A program made the position numbers and the translations under genes. The notes beneath the pieces are model-generated. The model was not told the DNA's origin and did not search any database. It worked only from the letters and a program-made list of their open reading frames with translations. From assembly GCA_035530555.1 (NCBI GenBank), contig DATKUR010000010.1, positions 1-62,762 of the forward strand: a stretch of 62,762 bases of DNA. Reading direction: 5' to 3'. This DNA is from Candidatus Humimicrobiaceae bacterium. GTDB taxonomy: Bacteria > Patescibacteriota > Minisyncoccia > Minisyncoccales > DG-74-1. Positions 38,366 to 46,974 of this stretch are shown here, in pieces. How positions within the stretch are numbered: position 1 is the first letter of the stretch; every line of letters starts with the position of its first letter.

Positions 38366-39238
38366 ATGAAAATCGCAGTAACTGGCGGAAAGGGTGGGGT
38401 GGGCAAGTCAATGGTCGCGACTTCACTGGCGGTAGAATTTTCAAGAAAAACTAAAATTATGTTGGTGGACGCAGACGCTGAATGCCCTAATGACCACCTT
38501 TTACTTTCTATAAAAAGAAAAAAATACACAACCGTTTATCAACCGATTCCCAAATGGGATTTTAATAAATGCACAAAATGTGGCAAGTGTGCTTCTATTT
38601 GTAAACAAAATGCCATTGTTTTTGTTAAAGGGAAATTTCCCGCCTTCGTGAAAGATGTTTGTATTGGTTGTAAGGCTTGCATTATTGCGTGTCCAACTGG
38701 CGCGATAACGGAAACTAAAAAAGAAATTGGTACAATTTATACGGGGAAGAAATATAATGTTAATTTGGTTTCAAGCGAGCTTAAATTAGGAGAGCTTGCT
38801 TCTGGCGAAGTTGTGGCTGAAGTAAGAAAATACTCCGATAAAATTAGTGAGAAAGTAAAAGCTGATATAATGGTTATAGACTCTTCGCCTGGAATCGGAT
38901 GTCCAGTAATTGCTTCGTTGGTTGGCACTGATTATATTGTAGCTGTAACCGAACCGACTCCTGCAGCTCTTTTTGATCTTAAAAGAGTTTTATATCTTGC
39001 TAATCATTTTGGGATTAAACACGGAATTGTTATCAATAAATTTGACCTTGCGGAAAATTTTTATAAAAAAATAGAGAAGTTTGCTAAAATAAATAAAATC
39101 CCAATTCTTGGTAGGATTCCTTATAGAAAGGATTTTGTTGATTCGATGATAAAAATGAAGCCGGTGGCTGAAATAAATCCAAAGTACCGGAAATTATTTC
39201 AAAAAATCATTGATCAAATAAAGCTGGTAATAAAATGA
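38366..39238 (+). CDS. MinD-superfamily P-loop ATPase with inserted 2x[4Fe-4S] ferredoxin domain
   Basis: GKGGVGKS, DADAECPN, two CxxCxxCxxxC motifs, PGIGCPV, VTEPT. Confidence 0.9.
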   Translation: MKIAVTGGKGGVGKSMVATSLAVEFSRKTKIMLVDADAECPNDHLLLSIKRKKYTTVYQPIPKWDFNKCTKCGKCASICKQNAIVFVKGKFPAFVKDVCIGCKACIIACPTGAITETKKEIGTIYTGKKYNVNLVSSELKLGELASGEVVAEVRKYSDKISEKVKADIMVIDSSPGIGCPVIASLVGTDYIVAVTEPTPAALFDLKRVLYLANHFGIKHGIVINKFDLAENFYKKIEKFAKINKIPILGRIPYRKDFVDSMIKMKPVAEINPKYRKLFQKIIDQIKLVIK

Positions 39239-40284
39239 AAGAAAAAATAGCAATTATTTCAATATTAGCGAATATGGTTCTGGCGGGAGGAAAAATCATT
39301 GTTGGTGTTTTTTCTGGTTCTTCCGCTATTTTGGCTGAAGGCATCCATTCTTTTATGGATATTTTTTCTTCAGCTATCGGATACATCGGGATTAAAATAT
39401 CTAAAAAACCTAGCGATCAAAAACATCCCTACGGCCATTATAAATTTGAGGTTCTGGCTGGTTTTTTTATAACATTAATCCTGCTCGGAACAGGCGTAGG
39501 AATTATTTATGAGGCATATCAGAAATTTTTAAACCCTTCTTCTATAAAAATACCGGTTTTAGCCTTTAGTGTAATGATTTTTTCAGCGTTGATTAACGAA
39601 ATAATGGCGCGTCTGAAAATCCATTTTGGTAAAAAGGAAAATTCAATGGCTTTGCTTTCAGATGGTTTTCATTCAAGGGTTGATGTTTTTACTTCTTTAG
39701 CAGTTTTTGCCGGCTTGTTTTTAACAAGGTACTGGATTTATACTGACTCAGTTTTAGCTTTTTTAATTGGTCTTTATATTGTTAAACAATCTTTTGCATT
39801 AGGTAAAGAAGCAGTTGATTCTTTGCTTGATGTTTCTGCCGGAGAAAAAATTGAGGAAAAAATAAGAACAATTTCCAAAAAAGAAAACATTGAAATCTCC
39901 TCTTTAAAAACCCAGAAAAAAGGATCAGCCGTTACCGCCAATTTAGAAATAAAACTTCCAAATAATTTAAAAGTGGAAGAAGCAACTAAAATTTCAAATA
40001 ATTTAAGAGAAAAACTTATGAAGGAGATAGAAAGCCTTCAGTATGTTGCCATTCAGATCACCAGCCATGAAGTGGAAACAGGATTTTATAAGCCCTCTTT
40101 CGGACAAGGATTCGGCTGGCAGAGGAGAGGCAGATTCAAAGGGGAGCTTGAGAAAGCTGCTGGAGAAGGACCGGGCGGATATTGTGTTTGTCCTGAATGT
40201 GACTATAAGATTCCTCATGAACGCGGTGTTCCTTGCTCGACTCTTGAGTGTCCAAATTGTAAAATTAAATTAATTAGAAAATAA
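39235..40284 (+). CDS. Cation diffusion facilitator with C-terminal Cys-rich domain
   Basis: HSFMD, HPYGH, HSRVD; tail GPGGYCVCPEC...C...CPNC. Confidence 0.9.
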   Translation: MKEKIAIISILANMVLAGGKIIVGVFSGSSAILAEGIHSFMDIFSSAIGYIGIKISKKPSDQKHPYGHYKFEVLAGFFITLILLGTGVGIIYEAYQKFLNPSSIKIPVLAFSVMIFSALINEIMARLKIHFGKKENSMALLSDGFHSRVDVFTSLAVFAGLFLTRYWIYTDSVLAFLIGLYIVKQSFALGKEAVDSLLDVSAGEKIEEKIRTISKKENIEISSLKTQKKGSAVTANLEIKLPNNLKVEEATKISNNLREKLMKEIESLQYVAIQITSHEVETGFYKPSFGQGFGWQRRGRFKGELEKAAGEGPGGYCVCPECDYKIPHERGVPCSTLECPNCKIKLIRK

Positions 40285-40285
40285 T

Positions 40286-40561
40286 ATGGTAAGACCATTA
40301 AAACCAAGAAAAGTATTATTTGATCCAAATGTGATATATTTCAAACCAAGAGCAGTTCCTCTTTCTATGTTAGAAGAAGTAGATTTGGGTATAGACGAGC
40401 TGGAAGCTTTACGCCTTTGCGATTATAAAAATTTGGAACAAACCGAAGCCGCAAAGAAGATGAAGATTTCCCAGAGTACCTTTCAGCGAATTTTAACCTC
40501 AGCCCATAAAAAAGTTGCTGAATCTCTAATTGAAGGTAAAGCGATAAAAATAATTAAATAG
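40286..40561 (+). CDS. DUF134-family putative DNA-binding protein
   Basis: MVRP.KPR, FKP, ELEALRL.D...Q.EAA..M.IS..TF.RIL..A. Confidence 0.9.
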   Translation: MVRPLKPRKVLFDPNVIYFKPRAVPLSMLEEVDLGIDELEALRLCDYKNLEQTEAAKKMKISQSTFQRILTSAHKKVAESLIEGKAIKIIK

Positions 40562-40575
40562 TTCTCATATAAATC

Positions 40576-40615
40576 AAAACAAAAAAGAACGATTCGCGTC
40601 GCTCTTTTTTGTTTT
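40576..40615. terminator. Bidirectional terminator-like IR at the metal cluster / island junction
   Basis: AAAACAAAAAAGA-A-CGA...TCG-C-TCTTTTTTGTTTT between convergent genes. Confidence 0.65.
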
Positions 40616-40616
40616 T

Positions 40617-41978
40617 CTATTCCTCGATTAAAGTAATTTTCTTGTCTTTATAATTCAGCCGGCTTCGCAAGTTTGCCAGCAGTTCGCGCTTGTCCGATAC
40701 ACTGCCTTCTTTTAATAAGTACTTGGCATATTGCCGGATATTTACATCGTCTTCCTCAACAAGCGCGTTGCCCGATTTTCCATTAACGATTTTCTGCAGT
40801 TTATTAAATCTTCTGATCTCATCCTCAAGTTTCTGCCTCATGCCTAATTCATTGATATTAACCTTGTCCATAATTTTTAAAAGTTCATCGATCAGTTCTT
40901 CTTCGCGAATGTATTTGTTTTTGCAGTTCCGATCCCTTGCCCGACTACAGCCGTAATAGATGTAATGCGCAGAAGTGCCGTCTTTAAGCGGTTTCCATTT
41001 TTCTTCGGCTGATATACCGGATCCGCAGTAACCGCAGGTAAATAATTTTGTAAAAGCAAATTCTTTATTTTCTCTGACTATTTGATCGCGTTTCAGTTGT
41101 GCTTGGGCTTTTTCAAACAATTCCTGCGTAATCAACGGCTGATGTTTACCTTGATACCAATTACCGCTTTCTCTTGGATATTCGAATGGCCCATAATAAA
41201 ACGTGTTATCAAGTATGCGGTAAACCCCCGAAAGCGTGAGCGGCTTATTTCCTCGTGTATGAAAATTAAGCTCAAACTTGAGCCAGTTATAAATTTTTCT
41301 GCCCGAATAATGTTCATAAGCCACTTTCTCAAACATTTTCTTTACCATTGGAGACCGTGCGGGATCAACCATAATCTGGCATTTCTTATCCATCAGTTTC
41401 TGATTAAGATACCCGAGCGGTGCTACTCCCGGCCATAATCCCATTTCGACTCTTGTCCGCAGTCCGCGTTTGACGTTAATACCCCTATTGTCGTTTTCAA
41501 GTTTTGCCTGCGATCCGAGAATCATTAAAAGGAATTTTTCATTCGGATTATTGCTGAATCTTTGACCGTAGGTGCGGATTTCCAAAAGCAGCTTTGCATC
41601 CATTAAATCCACTATCTTGCCGAGATCCCCGGCATTCCTTGAAATACGATCCGGTGCCCAGGTCAGAATGCCGTTAAACTTTCCCTGTTTTATTTCTTCG
41701 ACTATTTCATTGAAGATCGGTCGCTGGCCGGTTTCTTTTGCCGAGTGCGATTCGCGCTTGATCTCGGCGATATCAAGACCCTCTCGCTCAGCGAGCTGCA
41801 TCATCTCTTTGACCTGAGAATCAATGGAGAGGATTTGCCGTTCTTCACTTTCGGTCGATTTCCTTGCGTAGAGGCAGTATTTGATTTTGGTCGGCTGTAT
41901 TTGAGCAGTCTGCCCCTTGATACTCCCCAAGCCAGCCGTAAATGTTGTATTATTCATACAACACAATGGATGACGCAA
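40617..41978 (-). CDS. Large serine recombinase (start may be 41957)
   Basis: YARKST catalytic Ser, DRISR, APLGY recombinase domain, CGYC...C...C zinc ribbon. Confidence 0.93.
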   Translation of the reverse strand: MRHPLCCMNNTTFTAGLGSIKGQTAQIQPTKIKYCLYARKSTESEERQILSIDSQVKEMMQLAEREGLDIAEIKRESHSAKETGQRPIFNEIVEEIKQGKFNGILTWAPDRISRNAGDLGKIVDLMDAKLLLEIRTYGQRFSNNPNEKFLLMILGSQAKLENDNRGINVKRGLRTRVEMGLWPGVAPLGYLNQKLMDKKCQIMVDPARSPMVKKMFEKVAYEHYSGRKIYNWLKFELNFHTRGNKPLTLSGVYRILDNTFYYGPFEYPRESGNWYQGKHQPLITQELFEKAQAQLKRDQIVRENKEFAFTKLFTCGYCGSGISAEEKWKPLKDGTSAHYIYYGCSRARDRNCKNKYIREEELIDELLKIMDKVNINELGMRQKLEDEIRRFNKLQKIVNGKSGNALVEEDDVNIRQYAKYLLKEGSVSDKRELLANLRSRLNYKDKKITLIEE

Positions 41979-42045
41979 TCCTCAAAAGGAGTCCAGAGCG
42001 TCCCAGTTGGCAGACAGTTGATAACTTATTTCCGCAAAAACGCCA

Positions 42046-43365
42046 TCACATTATCGGGTTATCGTAGGGATCGAAGAAAATCTCTTTTTCTGGTGCCGCA
42101 TTGTCGTAAAAGCCGTAATCATTATCCATTTTATTCTCAACAAGAGCCGCATAGCGATGGACATCAGCGGCGTGCGAAGTCCAATTGTGATACGGAATCT
42201 CTCTGAACATATTTCTCTTATCATCCCACTCACGTTTGTATTCTGAAATTGCGTCAACCCACAGCGCGCATTTTTCTTTGTCTATCATTAGTCTGTCAAA
42301 CATAAATTTACCTATTTGAATTCCATCATCCACATTGGTTTTCGGATCAATAACACTGAATGGTAATCCAAGGTTTTTGGCAAAATCTATTCTTGCCTTT
42401 CCGGTGCTTGCTTCCCGAGCGTTTATATCGTGCGGCGCAAAGTGAGTTCCGTAGTTATACTCTTTTCGTCTTACAGCAGAAACCGCTTGATCGATTCCGT
42501 CATTTTCTGTTCCCTGCCAATAATCGATCATGTGTATTCTCGCCCCGATACGCTGATAAAATCCGATAGCCATCGCCGGTCCGACTCCAATATCCCAAAC
42601 CGTATGCACTTTGCACTCACGTTGCCACGGAACAGCGGTTATCCGGTTATCACTTCTTGCCCTTGCCAGTTCTTGCGCGTAAACCGCACCCTTTGCCGAA
42701 GAATTAAATGAACAGTAAAGTTCCTGCATAAATTCCTCTTGAGACATCGTTTTTCTCGAATTTTCTATTTCTTTCGGATCAATTACCCCGGTGTCATCCA
42801 CTGTCAGGTGGCAGGTAAACCATTCGCTGTCATTTTTATGTATTTCGTACAGAAAATAGAATTCGTTTCTGCCTTTTGGTGTTCCGATCCAGATTCCGTA
42901 TCCGCCATTTTCCAGAAGCGTCGGGCGGATTACTTCGGTAAAGATATTATTCGGTTGCATGCCGTATTCATCAAACACGACACCGCTTAACCCTATACCT
43001 CTCAGCCGATCCGGGTTTTCTGCGCCAAACAGTGTTATTTTTGACCCACCCGGAAAATTTACCGACAGTTCGGATTCTTTACATATCACACCTGGAAATT
43101 TCGTGTATCTTTTTAGTATGCCCCAGGCAACGCTTTTGGCCATTTTGTAGGTTGGGGCAATATATGCATACTTTGTGCCGGGTTTTTTAACCGCGTCGTA
43201 TACCAGATAATTCAACGCCGCAGTTGTTTTTCCGGCACGGCGATGCACCACAAGCACCATCCAGCGCTTGTCAGTTTCGTGAAATGGGATAGCCCATTTT
43301 CGCGGACTGTATAAACTTGGAAATTTGTCCATAATTTTAATTTTTCTGATTATGATTGAATTCAA
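42046..43365 (-). CDS. Phage terminase large subunit (start may be 43332)
   Basis: Walker A HRRAGKT, APT, Walker B VVFDE, IGTP coupling motif, nuclease WDIG and HAAD..RY. Confidence 0.9.
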   Translation of the reverse strand: MNSIIIRKIKIMDKFPSLYSPRKWAIPFHETDKRWMVLVVHRRAGKTTAALNYLVYDAVKKPGTKYAYIAPTYKMAKSVAWGILKRYTKFPGVICKESELSVNFPGGSKITLFGAENPDRLRGIGLSGVVFDEYGMQPNNIFTEVIRPTLLENGGYGIWIGTPKGRNEFYFLYEIHKNDSEWFTCHLTVDDTGVIDPKEIENSRKTMSQEEFMQELYCSFNSSAKGAVYAQELARARSDNRITAVPWQRECKVHTVWDIGVGPAMAIGFYQRIGARIHMIDYWQGTENDGIDQAVSAVRRKEYNYGTHFAPHDINAREASTGKARIDFAKNLGLPFSVIDPKTNVDDGIQIGKFMFDRLMIDKEKCALWVDAISEYKREWDDKRNMFREIPYHNWTSHAADVHRYAALVENKMDNDYGFYDNAAPEKEIFFDPYDNPIM

Positions 43366-43705
43366 CGTCTATAGGCGTAGTGATTTCAATCTTTGTTTTA
43401 TTGTATTTAGGGTGACGTTTTTCAAGCCGGTAATGAATTGCCGGCCAGAATTTTTCTTTTACCAATGATAACAGCTGATGTTCGCTCATATCATTGAAGA
43501 ATTCATCACCTTCGGCCATGGCTTCTTCGACCGCTTTGGCGAATCCCGGATCCTCGCTTCTCCAGCGGTAATAAGTGGCCTTTCCTATGCCTGCTTTTTC
43601 GCAGGCCAACAGCTGAATCGGATATTTCTTCAACTGTTCAAGCAAAATTTCTTTTTCTTTTGCCTGCCGTATTTTAATTGTTTTACGTTTTTTAGCGTTA
43701 TTCAT
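43337..43705 (-). CDS. HTH protein, putative terminase small subunit
   Basis: ACEKAGIGKATYYRW...DPGF HTH, AI.Y.L; directly upstream of TerL. Confidence 0.72.
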   Translation of the reverse strand: MNNAKKRKTIKIRQAKEKEILLEQLKKYPIQLLACEKAGIGKATYYRWRSEDPGFAKAVEEAMAEGDEFFNDMSEHQLLSLVKEKFWPAIHYRLEKRHPKYNKTKIEITTPIDVEFNHNQKN

Positions 43706-45020
43706 AAATTTTCTTTGGCTTTATGCCAGTTAATTTTATCCAGCGGTGAATTATCACCTCTGTGTATACTGGCGATTTCTCTATGACATAACAGCGTCGC
43801 TTCATTTTCTCGGCCGCAATCAAAGTACTTCCCGATCCGCCAAACGGTTCGACAATCAAGTCGCCGCGTTTGGTGAGTACCTTGATGTAGGGAATAAGAA
43901 TCTCGATCGGCTTTGTGCCGAACACAACTCCCTGTCCAGAATTTTTCTCGTCACCCGCTTTATATTCGATGAAATCAGTCGGACAGATTCTTTTGCCTTT
44001 TTCGTAGCCTTCCCATTGCGGCCTACCTGCAATGGCATACAGGGCAGTTTCGTATTCGCTCTGAAGTTCTTCTGCTTCCGGTTCAAGATTGAGCCGCATT
44101 TTCTTTGAGGTTCCGACCATGGCAATGTCGTGCTTCGAAAAGAATCTGTATTTTGCGGCAAATCCCTGCGTGCGATTAGGAAGATGCCAGACCAGCATGT
44201 TTTTTATCTTCCAGTATTTCTCAAGCTCGCCCCAAATAGTTCTAATATTCTTCCAATTTTCGTAAACAATAATATGGAAGTCCGGTTTGGCAATCTTTGC
44301 GATATTTGCCATCCACTTTTCGGTAAAGTCTGGCGGAAGAACATCGGTGCCAAGATATTTTCTGTTGCGCTTGAATCCGAATCCTGATCCCTTGCCCTTA
44401 TATTTGGTATGCAAATAATCCAAAATATATGGAGGGTCGGTAAAGCACATATCAGCTTTTTTGCCATTCATAAGCTTTACAATATTTGTCTGAATAGTTG
44501 AATCGCCGCACATGAGGCGATGTGTTCCCAGCTGATATACGTCGCCGTTTTTAACTGTGATGTTCTTGATATCCAGTTTTGCCAGTTCTTTCTCCAAATC
44601 AAATTCATCCGGTAGATCTTCAACCGCGAATATGTCATCCAGTTCTTCCGAAGAGAAACCGATATCTGCCAGAAACGATTCTTTGAAGTTTGTTAGTAAA
44701 TCCCAGTCAAACTCGCCGGTATTCTTATTGAGCCTCAGATTCAATTCCTTCTCCTTTTCAATATCGGGGATATTGAGATACACGACCGGTATCTCAGTAA
44801 TTCCGATTTCTTTGGCAATCGACAGACGGAAATGTCCGCCGATCACAACTCCTCTGCGTTCCGGTGAAAAATTTGCAATAATTGGATCAACAAAGCCGTA
44901 TTTTTTGATGCTGGCCTTAAGATGTTTTATTGCTTCTTTGTTCCACTTGCGCGGGTTGTATTCCGATGGACGAAGCTGATTTATCGGAACATAAACGATT
45001 TTTAAATTATTATTTGTCAT
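43698..45020 (-). CDS. ParB-like domain fused to N4/N6 DNA methyltransferase
   Basis: YNPRK, GFVDPI, GGHFRL; HRLMCGDST, TDPPY, EPFGGSGST. Confidence 0.9.
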   Translation of the reverse strand: MTNNNLKIVYVPINQLRPSEYNPRKWNKEAIKHLKASIKKYGFVDPIIANFSPERRGVVIGGHFRLSIAKEIGITEIPVVYLNIPDIEKEKELNLRLNKNTGEFDWDLLTNFKESFLADIGFSSEELDDIFAVEDLPDEFDLEKELAKLDIKNITVKNGDVYQLGTHRLMCGDSTIQTNIVKLMNGKKADMCFTDPPYILDYLHTKYKGKGSGFGFKRNRKYLGTDVLPPDFTEKWMANIAKIAKPDFHIIVYENWKNIRTIWGELEKYWKIKNMLVWHLPNRTQGFAAKYRFFSKHDIAMVGTSKKMRLNLEPEAEELQSEYETALYAIAGRPQWEGYEKGKRICPTDFIEYKAGDEKNSGQGVVFGTKPIEILIPYIKVLTKRGDLIVEPFGGSGSTLIAAEKMKRRCYVIEKSPVYTEVIIHRWIKLTGIKPKKIYE

Positions 45021-45059
45021 AACTATTTTCGGCGATTGTGTTAATTCTTAATTTTGTCT

Positions 45060-45305
45060 GCGTTGATTGATATCGACCACGGCATAAGGAGCCGCATCAA
45101 TCGGTAGAACAAAAAACAGGGAACGCAATGCGTTCCCCGGTGGTTTAAAATGAAAAAGTCCGAAAATCAAATTACCAAGAAAGCATTGCGGTGTTAAATG
45201 CAATGTTTGGCAATTTCATTTCCGGATTCTTTGCTGGCAATTTATATCCAGGTATAAATCCTGAAACCCTTAAAGTTAAGGCTTACCCTGTTTTTAATGT
45301 TCTGA
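45060..45305 (-). ncRNA. Structured 5' leader with terminator/antiterminator potential (candidate)
   Basis: Terminator GGGAACGC-ATT-GCGTTCCC-TGTTTTTT; long hairpin 45159-45226; 5' end complementary to the terminator 3' arm; TTGACA and TGnTATAAT just upstream (45313-45338). Confidence 0.55.
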
Positions 45306-45440
45306 CAATTGCATTATAGCATAGTTAAAGCATGTCAACAAGCCCTGTTGGTAACTCGCTTTACAATTCTGGTGGTTGAGCTAGGGTACAGTGGACGAAA
45401 GTGTCAAAAAGAAGTAAAATTTAAATATAATTTAATATCA

Positions 45441-45594
45441 GTCACCTAAACTTGCCATTTCGGCAGGCATGGTGCAAAAAACCCGTCAAAGGTACTAAGC
45501 TCGTCGTCAGAGCACCTTTGACGGGTCATATCCCGAAAGGGGTATGGGTAGCCGAAAGGCTATCGCTGGCGGCGAGCTTTGTGTTTTCCGCCAG
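45441..45594 (+). ncRNA. Five-hairpin structured RNA with 14-bp alternative pairing (candidate)
   Basis: 13-bp perfect stem, two GAAA-tetraloop stems, G-U pairs on the + strand, loop 45497-45510 complementary to 45566-45579. Confidence 0.65.
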
Positions 45595-45608
45595 AATAAC
45601 TAACTGAG

Positions 45609-45839
45609 ATGTATCTGAATATGGCGGAAAAAATTAAAGACTGGCTTAATAATAATTGGTTTAAAGCTATCAGTGCCATCGTTTTATTAACGATTGGCTT
45701 TTCTATTTTTTATTATTTCTTTTTGAGGCCGTATCAAAACGACAGACCCTACCGAGAATGTATAAAACAGATTGATCCTCGCGCCGATTTTAAAGATGTT
45801 AAATCTCTTTATTTTAATTGCCTCAATAGTTTTAGATAG
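45609..45839 (+). CDS. Small single-TM hypothetical protein
   Basis: One hydrophobic helix, two C-terminal Cys. Confidence 0.6.
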   Translation: MYLNMAEKIKDWLNNNWFKAISAIVLLTIGFSIFYYFFLRPYQNDRPYRECIKQIDPRADFKDVKSLYFNCLNSFR

Positions 45840-45845
45840 AAATGT

Positions 45846-46532
45846 ATGGCAAATAATCATTCAAAAATAAATCAAAAAGGTTTCATTCAAATACCAGTAC
45901 TTATAGCAATAATTACAGGACTTTTAATTGTCGGCGGAGTCGGCTATTTTGGCATAAAACAACATCAAAATAATCAAAATAAAAACAATAACGAAGAGAA
46001 ACAGCAAGAACTACAGGGCGATGTTGTTATGCCTGAAGGACCAACAGAAATTTCCGGAGAAGGATTTTACAGTATAACCTTGGAAACTAGCCCAAGCATA
46101 CAAAGAAGAGAAGCAACGTTCAGAATTAAATTAAAGAATTTGAATGTAGAACCATTTATTACAAATTTGGGAACGGACAGCTGTAATATTACTGATTCAA
46201 AAGGACAAAAATATCTCGCGGCTTTCACAAGCGAAATTAAGCTTAAAAAGGCATTGCTTCCCGGGGAAGAAATAGCGATTGATATCGCCAGACAAAGGCT
46301 GGGAACTTCTTTTATTCAAGAAGGAGAAATAGCCTGTGCAAAGGAAGGCGTTTATCCAAATGATTTAATCGATGGTAATTTTAAATGTATTTATAACAGT
46401 TCGGGGGAATGTGTTTGTGAAGATTTGGGAGATTTAAAAATTAATGATTGTATTTTCCGTATAACGACAGACGGCAAAATAGCATCTAATAACTGGGGTA
46501 AATATCCGCTGACGGTAACTATAGAAAAGTAA
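45846..46532 (+). CDS. Hypothetical protein with prepilin-like N-terminus
   Basis: QKG|FIQIPVLIAII class III-like signal; six Cys in the soluble domain. Confidence 0.65.
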   Translation: MANNHSKINQKGFIQIPVLIAIITGLLIVGGVGYFGIKQHQNNQNKNNNEEKQQELQGDVVMPEGPTEISGEGFYSITLETSPSIQRREATFRIKLKNLNVEPFITNLGTDSCNITDSKGQKYLAAFTSEIKLKKALLPGEEIAIDIARQRLGTSFIQEGEIACAKEGVYPNDLIDGNFKCIYNSSGECVCEDLGDLKINDCIFRITTDGKIASNNWGKYPLTVTIEK

Positions 46533-46555
46533 ATAACATATTCTTAATGATAAAC

Positions 46556-46581
46556 AAAAGCGCAGTATAAGTTGCGCTTTT
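46556..46581 (+). terminator. Intrinsic terminator
   Basis: AAAAGCGCAG-TATAAG-TTGCGCTTTT. Confidence 0.65.
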
Positions 46582-46727
46582 CTCTTACTTTTTTAATTAA
46601 TTGTGCTTTACACTATTATTAACCTATGCGGACAGGAAATAAAATAAAGAAATTTGTATCTTGACATCCCTATAATATTTTGATACTTATATAAGTAGTG
46701 ATATAATTTACACTAAATATTAAAAAT

Positions 46728-46958
46728 ATGGTGCAAGATACTAAAAAAGAGGATCGCGCCACTCGTTTTAAAAGGGTTGCGCAGAGAAGAACCGAGAATA
46801 TTCTTAATTCCCTTCGGGTTTTGGGTAATTGCTCAAATAAAAGTTCATATCAATATACCGATGAAGACGTAGTAAAAATTTTTAGGGCGATAGAAGAACA
46901 ATTACGTATAACAAAAATGAAGTTTCGTTCTTCTCGTCGCCAAAAATTTAGCTTATAA
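46728..46958 (+). CDS. Small basic helical protein (76 aa), unknown function
   Basis: RFKRVAQRRTENIL..L..LGN.SN...Y.Y...DV..IF; own promoter-like region, 16 nt from the next gene. Confidence 0.75.
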   Translation: MVQDTKKEDRATRFKRVAQRRTENILNSLRVLGNCSNKSSYQYTDEDVVKIFRAIEEQLRITKMKFRSSRRQKFSL

Positions 46959-46974
46959 ATATTAACCTTTAATT

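Noticed and set aside
40690..44979. Plus-strand ORFs over the recombinase, terminase and methylase
   Set aside because: Antisense shadows of well-supported minus-strand genes, with no motifs of their own
45225..45305. c-di-GMP-I riboswitch
   Set aside because: Lacks the GCAAA / GNRA tetraloop-receptor consensus
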